Source: Desulfuromonadales bacterium GWC2_61_20 (GTDB lineage Bacteria; Desulfobacterota; Desulfuromonadia; Desulfuromonadales; UBA2197). From it: a DNA stretch of 64,000 bases. The translations under genes and the position numbers were made by a program. Positions 1-8,535 of this stretch are shown here, one piece after another. Within the stretch, counting starts at the first letter, position 1. The number at the start of each line of letters is the position of its first letter. The stretch is taken from NCBI GenBank assembly GCA_001799485.1, contig MGTO01000065.1:220-64219 (forward strand), in the 5' to 3' direction. The notes under the pieces are model-generated. The model ran no database searches, had not been told where the DNA came from, and saw only the letters and a program-made list of their open reading frames with translations.

Positions 1-27
1 GTGTATGGCGCAGCCAGCTCTGTCGCT

Positions 28-942
28 TCACACCCGGACCACCTTGGTCAGATCGAGGGTGCCGAGTCCCCGCTTGGCGCCGGCGACGATGGTCGGGATC
101 TCCTCGGGGCGATGGCCGAAGAGGGTGGCGGCGCAGGCGTCGGCGGCGACGATGTCGGCTGAGGCGATGATGGTGTCGAGGACGCGGACATCCTCCAGCC
201 GCCCCCCCTGCGGGCCGTTGGCGATGAGGATGCGGGTGGCGTCGATGACGGTCAGGTCGGAACGGATGACGCTGTTGATGTCGGCCAGCGCCTCGCCGAT
301 GTTGCGGTGCAGCACGCCGCGGTTGCCGCCGATGACCCCCATGATGTTCTTCATGCCGAGGGTCAGGGTGGAGATGCCGTGGTGCTTGGCCACCGGCAGA
401 TTGATGAAACGGTCGGCGGCGAGGGCCGGCTGGTAGAAGGACCAGGTCTGCTGGTCAATACCGTTTTTGATGGCGACGTCGACGAAGGCGCGGCGGTCGA
501 TCTGCTCGACGCTGACGCGGTCGGATTTGAGTCTTTCGACGGCGGCCTGGATGCCGCTCTCGACGTAGCAGCGGCGCGGGTCGTTGCAGGTGCGGTCAAA
601 GACCATGACCTTTTTGGCCCCGGCCTCCAGACAGAGTTCCACCACCGTCCGCACCACCAGCGGATGGGTGTTGGCCCCCTGCTCCGGAGTGCGGTCCCAG
701 CCGATGTTCGGCTTGACCACGACACTTTCGCCGGCCTTGACGAAGACCCCCATGCCGCCGAGGGCAGCGATCGCCGCCCGCACCGTGGCCGGGATATCCT
801 CCCCCTGGCGCAGGGCCAGTCGCGGCGCAGCGGCGGGCAACGGCGCAGCCAGGGCATTGAGGTCGAGGAGGGGAAAAGACCCGGCGGTCGCGGCCAGGGC
901 GGCGACCTGCAGGGAGTGACGGACAAAGGCGCGACGGTCCAT
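28..942 (-). CDS. DUF362 domain protein with twin-arginine (Tat) signal
   Basis: ATG at 940-942. N-terminus MDRRAFVRHSLQVAALAATAG carries an RR motif plus hydrophobic stretch. DUF362-like blocks VVVKPNIGW, HHGISTLTLGMKNIMG, IDATRILIANGPQGG. Confidence 0.8.
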   Translation of the reverse strand: MDRRAFVRHSLQVAALAATAGSFPLLDLNALAAPLPAAAPRLALRQGEDIPATVRAAIAALGGMGVFVKAGESVVVKPNIGWDRTPEQGANTHPLVVRTVVELCLEAGAKKVMVFDRTCNDPRRCYVESGIQAAVERLKSDRVSVEQIDRRAFVDVAIKNGIDQQTWSFYQPALAADRFINLPVAKHHGISTLTLGMKNIMGVIGGNRGVLHRNIGEALADINSVIRSDLTVIDATRILIANGPQGGRLEDVRVLDTIIASADIVAADACAATLFGHRPEEIPTIVAGAKRGLGTLDLTKVVRV

Positions 943-956
943 GGGGCCTCATGTCG

Positions 957-982
957 GTAGGGGCGAGGTGCTACCTCGCCCC
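957..982. repeat. REP-like GC-rich hairpin (GTAGGGGCGAGGT-GCT-ACCTCGCCCC)
   Basis: 10-bp perfect stem 960-969/973-982 with a 3-nt loop, in the 48-nt spacer between two minus-strand genes. Shares the TAGGGGCG core with the elements at 52888 and 54899. Confidence 0.7.
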
Positions 983-990
983 GGCAATAA

Positions 991-1596
991 TCAGATCAGC
1001 TTGTTGGCTTTGAGGAAGGCCCGCGCCACTTCCGGCGCCGTTTTGCCCTTGGCCTCGCCTTCGAGCTTCTGCATCGTCGCCGCGTCGATGGTGCCGCCGA
1101 GCTTGTTGATGAGGCGGGCGAGGGCGGGAAACTTCTTCAATGTATCCTTGCGCACCACCGGAGCCGGCTGCGCCACCATCCCGGCGGGAGCAAGGTTCAT
1201 TTCCGCAAAGCCAAAGGGGGCCAGCCAGACCAGATTGAGGTCCTGATTGTAGGCCGTCTTCACCGCCTGGTAGAGGGCCTCGCCATCGGCAATCGCCGCC
1301 CCCTTGAGGACCTGGGCCTGAGCCACGCCGGTGTACTCCACCTGGATATCGAGATCGGCCTTGAGCAAAGCCTCATGCGCCGCCGCCGGATTGGCCAGAT
1401 TGACGACCTTGGTGGTGGTGCCGGTCCGTTCGCTGATGAGGATGGCGAGCATCTGGGCGAGAATCTCCTGCTGCGGCGAACCGGCACTGCCGATGAGGAG
1501 GGTCTTGCCGACGCAGGCCCGCACCGGGGCGGCCGGAACCAAAACCAGTGTAAACCCGAGGCAAAGGGCGAGAGGGAATTGCCAGACTGTCTTCAT
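991..1596 (-). CDS. Short OpuAC-like (glycine betaine/quaternary amine binding protein-like) periplasmic lipoprotein
   Basis: Internal ATG at 1594-1596 preceded by AAGGAG. Signal/lipobox MKTVWQFPLALCLGFTLVLVPAAPVRAC. Body resembles substrate-binding proteins of the OpuAC family, but only about 200 aa long. Start overlaps the stop of the upstream gene (TAATG). Confidence 0.5.
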   Translation of the reverse strand: MKTVWQFPLALCLGFTLVLVPAAPVRACVGKTLLIGSAGSPQQEILAQMLAILISERTGTTTKVVNLANPAAAHEALLKADLDIQVEYTGVAQAQVLKGAAIADGEALYQAVKTAYNQDLNLVWLAPFGFAEMNLAPAGMVAQPAPVVRKDTLKKFPALARLINKLGGTIDAATMQKLEGEAKGKTAPEVARAFLKANKLI

Positions 1597-2459
1597 TATC
1601 GTTCTCCTTGCAGCGCCTTGACGGCTGCTAATACAACAGGTTGGGTCAACGGTTCGGGTGCCTCGACGCGGCCGAGGGATGGATCGGCGGCGCCGTCGAA
1701 AAAGGAGGCGGCAATCGCCGCCGAGTCGGCACTCCCCCACCAGTTACGGGGAAAGCTGACATCGGCGGATTGGTCGAGGCCGAGCTTGACATTGTACTGG
1801 CGGTTGCCGCTGATGTTGTTCCCTTCGATCCGGGTTTTGTTCTCGGCCCGGGTCACGACAAAAATCCCGATGTCGTTATCATGGATGGCATTACCGTGCA
1901 GGTAAGCTGTCCCCCGGCGCTCCTCGTAGCGGACGCCGTGGATGTTGTGGTGGATGCGATTGCCGACGACTTCGAGGTTGACCGTGGAAAAACGCACCCC
2001 GTCGACGTTGTAGCGGAACTCCGAAGCGGCGATGCGGCCTTTGCAGAAGTGAACCTGGATACCGCTGTAGGCATATTCGGAGACGACGTATTCTATCGCG
2101 ACCTCGCGGGCAAAGTCGAGGTAGAGGAACTTCCAGTCCGCCGGCCGGGGCGTCGCCGCGCCGCTGGTGAAGAGGATCGGCGCGGCGGCGGTGCCGCGGG
2201 CGATCAGCGCCCCCTCGACCAGCAGCTCGCCATCGCCGATGCCGTCGCCGTCTTCATCAAGTGGGACAAAAACGACCCGGGTTCCGGGGAGGATGGTCAG
2301 ACTCCCTTCCTTCTTCACCGTCACCACCCCCCGGATCTGCACCTCCCCTTGCCAAACGACGGCATCGCGGATCACGGCATCGGTCAGGAGCAAGGATGGT
2401 CGCGGTCCGGCGCAGGCGGCCAGAGTAATACCGAGGAAGAGGGTGATGAGTGCGCGCAT
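1596..2459 (-). CDS. Right-handed parallel beta-helix repeat lipoprotein (NosD/pectin-lyase-fold like), short paralog
   Basis: ATG at 2457-2459. Lipobox MRALITLFLGITLAAC. N-cap VVWQGEVQIRGVVTVKKEGSLTILPGTRVVF. Repeated GN-I--N units (VGNRIHHN, HGNAIHDN, EGNNISGN). C-terminal NWWG motif. Confidence 0.75.
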   Translation of the reverse strand: MRALITLFLGITLAACAGPRPSLLLTDAVIRDAVVWQGEVQIRGVVTVKKEGSLTILPGTRVVFVPLDEDGDGIGDGELLVEGALIARGTAAAPILFTSGAATPRPADWKFLYLDFAREVAIEYVVSEYAYSGIQVHFCKGRIAASEFRYNVDGVRFSTVNLEVVGNRIHHNIHGVRYEERRGTAYLHGNAIHDNDIGIFVVTRAENKTRIEGNNISGNRQYNVKLGLDQSADVSFPRNWWGSADSAAIAASFFDGAADPSLGRVEAPEPLTQPVVLAAVKALQGER

Positions 2460-2488
2460 GGCGGAGCGATGCCGTTTCAGCAAAGGCC

Positions 2489-2800
2489 TCAATGATACGG
2501 TCCGACTTCCGGCGCCGGCACGCGCGGTCCCGGATCGACGGGACCGTGCGCCTGCTCGTACTTGCGCAGGTTCTCCTCCAGCGCCAGGAGCAGCCGCTTG
2601 ACATGGCGCGGGGAGGTGATGATGCGACTGCAGACCTTCCCCCGCGGCGCCTGGGGCTGGACGAAAATGAAGTCGAGGGTGAACTCGGCATCGTTGTGGT
2701 TGATGACCGCCAGATTGGCGTAGTGCCCCTGTGCCGTCGCCTCGTCGATCTGGATTTCGAGCTTGAACTCGGGCTTTTTATTATCCTTTTCCTGACTCAT
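2489..2800 (-). CDS. DUF3467 domain protein
   Basis: ATG at 2798-2800. Sequence YANLAVINHNDAEFTLDFIFVQP is typical of the DUF3467 family. No signal peptide. Confidence 0.7.
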   Translation of the reverse strand: MSQEKDNKKPEFKLEIQIDEATAQGHYANLAVINHNDAEFTLDFIFVQPQAPRGKVCSRIITSPRHVKRLLLALEENLRKYEQAHGPVDPGPRVPAPEVGPYH

Positions 2801-2824
2801 ATCTTTTCCTTTCGGGGAACGGGC

Positions 2825-3871
2825 TCAGTTCAACGAAACGGCGTCGACGGTGACACGCAACTCCGCGGGGAGTTTGCCGGGGGCAACCTCCACCCCGTGG
2901 TCGGCGCCGGCGTCATACATGCCGAAGAGTTCACCGGGGGCCGGCGAGTCGCCGTACTGCTGGCGGGCCCCGACATAATAACGCCCCGGTTGCGGCACCG
3001 CCAGGGTGAAGACACCATCGGCCCCGGTCGGCGGGGAAATCGCTTCGGGGCGCTTGTGGCCGATGACCTTGTCGACGTAGGCGAAGACGTGGACGCCGGC
3101 CACCGGACGGCCGGCGCCATCGACGACGACGCCGCGCAGGGCGAGTCCGCTGGCGCGGGCAAAGGTTTCGCTGCCGGCCACTTCCCTGACCTTGCGCACC
3201 GCCTCCAGCTCGACCGTGACGATCTTCCCGGCATACGCCGGCAGCGGATTGCCGGCATAGAGGGCGAAGTAGTCCCCTTCGAGGACCGGGCCAACCCGCC
3301 CCCCCGCCGCGCGGCGGCGGACAACGAGAAAGTAGTCGCTTTCGGGGAGTCCGTCGAAGGCGAACAGCCCGTCGCTCCCCGTCGGCAGGGAGATGCGGTA
3401 ACCCTGCCCCTTGAGATCCTCGCCGGCGTCGAGATAGAGGGTGACCACAGCGTCGGCCAGCGGTTTGCCCTCGGCGACGACCCGCCCCTCCACCGCCCCC
3501 GTCATGGCATCGTCCCCTTGACGATAGCTCGGCGCCACGGTCGCCACCGCCTGCAACCCGGCCCAGACCGTTTCCCCCTCCCCGACGCTCACCGGGTTGC
3601 GTCCGCAGAAGGCGAAAAGGCCGCGCTGCTCGTCCCGGGCAACGAGGGCATAGCGTCCGGCGGGGAGCTCCAGCCGGTAACTGCCGTCGACAGCCGTCGG
3701 CGGCGCCAGGACCAGCGGCGGCGATGAGAAATCGAGTCCGGCATGGGCCTCGACCCTTACCCCGGCCACCGGCTCGCCCCCCAGCACCACCCGCCCTGCG
3801 ATGACTGCGGCCGGCGCGGTCAGGGGGAGGAGAAGCAGGAGAGGGAAGAGGAAAGCGGCGGCGTACTTCAT
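2825..3871 (-). CDS. Secreted protein with three tandem carboxypeptidase-regulatory-like (transthyretin-like beta-sandwich) domains, paralog 1
   Basis: Internal ATG at 3869-3871 forms an ATGA overlap with the upstream stop. Signal MKYAAAFLFPLLLLLPLTAPAA. Three repeats, each with G-x-Y-[YF/A]-[LV]-x-A-R (AGRYALVARDE, ESDYFLVVRRR, PGRYYVGARQQ). Confidence 0.75.
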   Translation of the reverse strand: MKYAAAFLFPLLLLLPLTAPAAVIAGRVVLGGEPVAGVRVEAHAGLDFSSPPLVLAPPTAVDGSYRLELPAGRYALVARDEQRGLFAFCGRNPVSVGEGETVWAGLQAVATVAPSYRQGDDAMTGAVEGRVVAEGKPLADAVVTLYLDAGEDLKGQGYRISLPTGSDGLFAFDGLPESDYFLVVRRRAAGGRVGPVLEGDYFALYAGNPLPAYAGKIVTVELEAVRKVREVAGSETFARASGLALRGVVVDGAGRPVAGVHVFAYVDKVIGHKRPEAISPPTGADGVFTLAVPQPGRYYVGARQQYGDSPAPGELFGMYDAGADHGVEVAPGKLPAELRVTVDAVSLN

Positions 3872-5241
3872 CGTCCCTTCCCCGGCCCGACATCCTTGAC
3901 CGGGCTCTTGAGCCATGGGGTGTAGCGGACTTCGTCGAGGACGTAGCTGTCCGGTCCGAACCCCTCGTAGGTCACCTTCGGCTTGTCCTTGCGGTCGTAA
4001 AAGATCTTGAGGTTCTTCCCCTTGCCGTCGGCGAGAAGCGCCGTATCGACACCCCACCAGTTGCCGCCGACATCGACATAATCGTTGAAGGTCGTCGGGA
4101 TCTTGGCGATGAGGGGATTCTGACTTTTGCGAGCGGCGGCGGTTTCCTGGATAAATCCTTTGGAGCCGGAACGCTTTTCCCAGTCGGCGCTCTGGTAGAT
4201 GCCGAGCTCGACCCCCATCTTGTTGCCGAGGAAGTTGTTGTTCTTGACCACAGGGTAGGACGAATAGTCGCAGAAGAGGGCAAGATCGTTGTTCTCGACG
4301 AGGTTGCGCTCAATCTCGGGGTTCGACTTGCGGTAGTTGTAGATCGCCGTCTTGTTGCCGCGAAAGGTATTGTGCGTCAGCTTGGGCGACCCGTACTGGT
4401 CGTTGCGCACGCCAATGTCGTTGCCGCTGAAGGTCGAATTCTCGACGAGTGGGTAGGAGAAGGAAAAATTGACCAGACCGATCTGGTTCCCGTCAAAGAC
4501 ATTTTCGGCCATGCGCGGGGTGTTCTGGGTCTGGTTGCAGAAGATCCCAACCTCGTTGCCGACAAAGCGGTTGCCGACGATACGATCGCCATACTTCTGC
4601 AGCACCCCGATCCCCTGTTTGTTCCTTTCGAAGGTGTTCCCTTCGATGGGGCCGGTGCTGTTGTGCGAGACCAGGATGGCGGTGTTCTTGTGCCCGACGA
4701 AACGGTTGCGCCGGATCTGCGGCGACGACTTCATCTCATTGGCGATACCGATTTCGTTCCCCTCGAAGAGGCAATCTTCGATGCGCAGGCTTGCCTCTCG
4801 CACCAGCTTGATTGCCGTACCGCAGTTGCGAAAGGTAGCGTTGCTCACGGGAAAAGAGGTGGCGATGGTCGAGATGGCGGTCTGGGCGCCGTCGAAGCGG
4901 ACAAAAGCGAAACGACTCCCCTCCCGCGCCTCGGAAAAATCGATCCCCTTCCAACCCGGGGGGGCGGCAAAAACGATGGGCTGGCGTGTGCTCCCCGTCG
5001 CAATCAGCACCCCCTGCACCGCCAGCAGGGCTTCGACGCTGGAGGCGCGCACGGTCGTACCCGGGGCGATGGTCAAGACCGCCGTCGGCGCGACCGTCAC
5101 CGGCCCACCCAGGACAACTTCGCCCTGCCAGCGGATTTGGCCCTTCAGTTCACCGGCAAGGGGCGGAGCGGCGACCGCCGTCCCCGCCAGCAACAGCCCT
5201 GCGAGGAGGAGCAGATTACGGAAGCATCTTTGGTTCCACAT
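3868..5241 (-). CDS. Secreted right-handed parallel beta-helix repeat protein
   Basis: ATG at 5239-5241 with upstream GAGGTG. Signal MWNQRCFRNLLLLAGLLLAGTAVA. N-cap IRWQGEVVLGGPVTVAPTAVLTIAPGTTV. Many GN-units (EGNEIGI, VGNRFVGNEVGI, SGNDIGV, RGNKTAI). GGNWWG near the C-terminus. Confidence 0.8.
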   Translation of the reverse strand: MWNQRCFRNLLLLAGLLLAGTAVAAPPLAGELKGQIRWQGEVVLGGPVTVAPTAVLTIAPGTTVRASSVEALLAVQGVLIATGSTRQPIVFAAPPGWKGIDFSEAREGSRFAFVRFDGAQTAISTIATSFPVSNATFRNCGTAIKLVREASLRIEDCLFEGNEIGIANEMKSSPQIRRNRFVGHKNTAILVSHNSTGPIEGNTFERNKQGIGVLQKYGDRIVGNRFVGNEVGIFCNQTQNTPRMAENVFDGNQIGLVNFSFSYPLVENSTFSGNDIGVRNDQYGSPKLTHNTFRGNKTAIYNYRKSNPEIERNLVENNDLALFCDYSSYPVVKNNNFLGNKMGVELGIYQSADWEKRSGSKGFIQETAAARKSQNPLIAKIPTTFNDYVDVGGNWWGVDTALLADGKGKNLKIFYDRKDKPKVTYEGFGPDSYVLDEVRYTPWLKSPVKDVGPGKGR

Positions 5242-6250
5242 GGATTGTCACCTCACGAATCGGATGTTCATCGTCGAGCGTCACCCCCGCCTCGGTGCCG
5301 CTGCGGCCATAGAGTTCTCCTGCCGCCGCCGGGCCGCCAAAGGCCTCACGCGCCAGCAGGAAATAGGGGCCGGAACCGTGCAACGGCAGTTCGAAGCGGC
5401 CGTCGGCCCCGCTCGGCGGAGAGAAGAAGGCGGGGGTCCCGGTCATGGCCGGCGTCGTGTAAGCAAAGACGCGCAAACCGTCGACCCCTTTGCCGGCAGG
5501 ACCCTGCACTATGCCGCGCACGCCACGGAAGGGCGCTTTCTCTCCCTCTTCGAGCATCGACAGGCGGGTGATGGTCTCGATCTTGACTTCGCGCACCTTC
5601 CCCGCTTCGATGGTGACCGGATTACCATAATAGTAGTTGAAGTGGTCGCCGATATCGATGGGGCCGAACTGCCCCCCCTTAAGCCGCTTTCTGGCCAGCA
5701 GATAATATTTCCCCGGCGGCAGACGCAGGCGGAAAGTCCCCTTTTCCACCGGTTGGACGAAATATCCCGGCCCCTTGAACCCGGCCTCCGGCTCCTTGTA
5801 AACATAGAGATAGGAACGCCCGAGAAGTTCGCCCTGAAAGGTGATCTCGCCTTTGATGCCGGAGCTGGCACTGGCTTCAGCGACCGCTTCCTGCGGAATG
5901 CGGATGAGGTTGAAGCCGACATTGGTATAGGCGCCGTCGCGCACCGTCACCGGCGCCCCGCTGTAGTAGCAGAAGAGCTGGCCCGGCTGCGGTGCCCCCT
6001 CGTAGTCGCGGGCGGTGAGGTAGTAGCTCCCCGGCGGCAACGCCAGCTGGTAGGTGCCGTCGACGGCGGTCGGTGCCGAAACGGCGACGACCTTCTCCGC
6101 GGCGATGTCGGCAATGCTGCGATAGGCGCGCACCGTCACCCCGGCCCCGACCTCGCCGCGCCAGGCGGCGCGTCCCTTGATGCCGGAGGCGGCCAGGGCC
6201 GTGCCGGAGAGAACACCGACGGCAACCAACAGGAACAGCAGACGGATCAT
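5216..6250 (-). CDS. Secreted triple carboxypeptidase-regulatory-like domain protein, paralog 2
   Basis: Internal ATG at 6248-6250 (ATGA overlap with the upstream stop). Signal MIRLLFLLVAVGVLSGTALA. Repeats contain PGSYYLTARDY, PGKYYLLARKR, SGPYFLLAREA. Confidence 0.75.
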   Translation of the reverse strand: MIRLLFLLVAVGVLSGTALAASGIKGRAAWRGEVGAGVTVRAYRSIADIAAEKVVAVSAPTAVDGTYQLALPPGSYYLTARDYEGAPQPGQLFCYYSGAPVTVRDGAYTNVGFNLIRIPQEAVAEASASSGIKGEITFQGELLGRSYLYVYKEPEAGFKGPGYFVQPVEKGTFRLRLPPGKYYLLARKRLKGGQFGPIDIGDHFNYYYGNPVTIEAGKVREVKIETITRLSMLEEGEKAPFRGVRGIVQGPAGKGVDGLRVFAYTTPAMTGTPAFFSPPSGADGRFELPLHGSGPYFLLAREAFGGPAAAGELYGRSGTEAGVTLDDEHPIREVTIHVEPKMLP

Positions 6251-7443
6251 GGCAGCTCCTGGAAGCCGATGGGCGCGTTGCGCCACGGGGCAAAGTTGAC
6301 ACGGTCGAGGGACCAGCTCTGACCGCCTTCGACAAAGGTCGCGGTGTCGCGTCCGTCGACGATGAAGGAGGGGTTGCCGGCGCTGCCGATGCGGACCAGT
6401 TCCGCCGTCCCTTCCTCCCCCCACCAGTTGTCACGGGCATCGACCAGCCCGGTCAGCCCTTCCGGCTTGCGCCGTTCCCCCGCCTCCTCGGCGTGGCCAC
6501 TCGACTGACCGAAGGCGCCGCGGTTGCCGGCTTCGGCCTCGCGCGTCGTCTCCCCCCTCGCCTTCTCCCAGGCCGAGGACTGGAACTCGAGAAAAAAGGC
6601 CCGTTTGTTGCCGCTGAAATCGTTACCGTGCACCAGCGGATAGGATGAGTAGGCCAACGACAGGGCGTCGTCGTTCCCCCGAAAGGCGTTCCCTTCGATG
6701 CGGGCGTCGGCGCGGCGGTAGAGGCGCACGCCGGTGCGATTGTTGCTCAAGAAGTTGCCGCGCAGCTGCGGCCGAGCGGCGCGATCGACCAGGATGCCGA
6801 TCTGGTTCCCCGCGAAGCGATTCCCTTCGATGCGCGGGTCGCTGCCGGCATTGGCGATCATCAGGCCGGTCTCGTTGTCGCTGAACCGGTTGCCGCTGAA
6901 GCTGCGCGGCAGAGCCCGGTAGACATAGGCGCCGTACTTGCCGTTCTTTTCGATGCGATTGCCGGTGACGGTCGGCGTCGACTCATCCTTGATGAAGAGC
7001 CCGACCTTGCGGTTGCCGACGATGACACAATCGCTGATCTGTGCCGCGCTCTGCTGTTTGAGTTCGATGCCGACGTCATTGCCGCTGACTGTCACCCCGA
7101 GCAGGCGCGGCGTGCCGCCGCCGGCGAAAATCCCCGTCTTGGCCCCGTCGACGCGGCCACCGCTGAGAACCGTCCCCGCGTCGCACCCTTTGAGGACGAT
7201 GCCGTCCCAGTTGCTGCCGGTGAAGTGCGCGTTCTCGGCCACCAGCCGGCCGGCAACTTCGAGCTTCCCCCCGTGAAAGGTGATGACCGCACCGGAAACC
7301 ACGGTCAGGGTCGCCCCGACTTCGACCCGCACCGATTCGCGCATGGACAGGGCGCCGCACCACTCGGTATCGCTGGTGATGGTCAGGGCGGCGGCCGCGG
7401 TGGTCCAGGCACAGCAGCACACGGTCAAGAAAAGGCTCTTCAT
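6247..7443 (-). CDS. Secreted right-handed parallel beta-helix repeat protein
   Basis: ATG at 7441-7443. Repeated units SGNDVGI, VGNRKVGL, TGNRIEKN, SGNRFSDN, EGNRFAGNQIGI, RGNFLSNNRTGV, EGNAFRGN, HGNDFSGN. RDNWWG near the C-terminus. Confidence 0.8.
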   Translation of the reverse strand: MKSLFLTVCCCAWTTAAAALTITSDTEWCGALSMRESVRVEVGATLTVVSGAVITFHGGKLEVAGRLVAENAHFTGSNWDGIVLKGCDAGTVLSGGRVDGAKTGIFAGGGTPRLLGVTVSGNDVGIELKQQSAAQISDCVIVGNRKVGLFIKDESTPTVTGNRIEKNGKYGAYVYRALPRSFSGNRFSDNETGLMIANAGSDPRIEGNRFAGNQIGILVDRAARPQLRGNFLSNNRTGVRLYRRADARIEGNAFRGNDDALSLAYSSYPLVHGNDFSGNKRAFFLEFQSSAWEKARGETTREAEAGNRGAFGQSSGHAEEAGERRKPEGLTGLVDARDNWWGEEGTAELVRIGSAGNPSFIVDGRDTATFVEGGQSWSLDRVNFAPWRNAPIGFQELP

Positions 7444-7445
7444 CC

Positions 7446-8522
7446 CTACCAGACCTCACGCACGACGATGGGGGACAACTCGACCTGCTGCCCCTTGATC
7501 GCTTCGGCCCGATGATCGGCGCGGCCATCGTAGGTACCGACCCACTCTCCCGGTTCCAGGGGGCCGCCGAAGGTACTACGCACGCCGACGTAATAGCTGC
7601 CGCCGTCACCGAGGCGGATCTCGAAGCGCCCGTCGGTTCCGCTCGGGGGCGAAATGTAGGTCGGTTTGCCGACCATGCGGCTGTCGAGGTAGGCGAAGGC
7701 GTAAACCCCGGCCACCGGCTTGCCATCCTGATCGACAATGCGGCCGGCGAGGGCGGTACCGGTGGCGGTGAAGGTCCCCTGCTCGCGGCGGGCACGGTGG
7801 GCCTTTTCCTCGACTTGTTTGAGGGGAAAATCGCCCAGCTGCCGGTAGCTGCCCCGTTCGACCATCACCGGGTTGCCGGGATAGCTGGCGTTGAGATCGC
7901 CGGTGGCAACCTCGCCGGAACGGGAGCCGTCGGCCCGCTTGCGCGCGGCGAGATAGAAGCGCCCGGCCGGCAGGTTGATGCGAAAGGTGCCGTCTACAGC
8001 GGAGCGGGCCGCCTCGCCGTAGGAGGGGCCCATGAGCCCGGCGGCATCCTCACTGTAGACGTAGACGAAGGCCCCGGCCAACGGCTGTCCGTTGGCAATC
8101 AGGCGGCCACTGACGCCGGTCTCGGGCTCGGCGACCAGGGCGCCATCGCGCCCCATTTCGCGCAGATTGAAGGGGGGGATTTGGCGCTCGCCCGCGGTCA
8201 GCTCGATGGGGTTGGCCGGACATTCGGCCATGAGCATGCGCGTCCCCCCACCTTCGCCCTCACTCTTCTTCTTGGCAATGACAAAGTAGCGTCCCGGCGG
8301 CAGGGCGATACGCCACTGCCCGGCGGCATCGGCACCGGTACTGGCGAAGGGGAGGGTGGCGCGATCCTTTTCCCCCTTGAGATAGACCTCGATGGAAGCG
8401 CCAGCCACAGGCCGATCCTGAAAGAGGACGGCGCCGGAGAGGGCAGTCTCGCCACCTTTGGAACAGGCGGCCAGAAGACAAAGAAGAAAATACGACATGA
8501 GCAGGCGTAACGGCATAAACAT
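7446..8522 (-). CDS. Triple carboxypeptidase-regulatory-like domain lipoprotein, paralog 3
   Basis: Internal ATG at 8520-8522 (alternative ATG at 8516). Lipobox MFMPLRLLMSYFLLCLLAAC. Repeats contain PGRYFVIAKKK, AGRFYLAARKR, GGSYYVGVRST. Confidence 0.75.
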   Translation of the reverse strand: MFMPLRLLMSYFLLCLLAACSKGGETALSGAVLFQDRPVAGASIEVYLKGEKDRATLPFASTGADAAGQWRIALPPGRYFVIAKKKSEGEGGGTRMLMAECPANPIELTAGERQIPPFNLREMGRDGALVAEPETGVSGRLIANGQPLAGAFVYVYSEDAAGLMGPSYGEAARSAVDGTFRINLPAGRFYLAARKRADGSRSGEVATGDLNASYPGNPVMVERGSYRQLGDFPLKQVEEKAHRARREQGTFTATGTALAGRIVDQDGKPVAGVYAFAYLDSRMVGKPTYISPPSGTDGRFEIRLGDGGSYYVGVRSTFGGPLEPGEWVGTYDGRADHRAEAIKGQQVELSPIVVREVW

Positions 8523-8535
8523 CCTGACTTTGCAG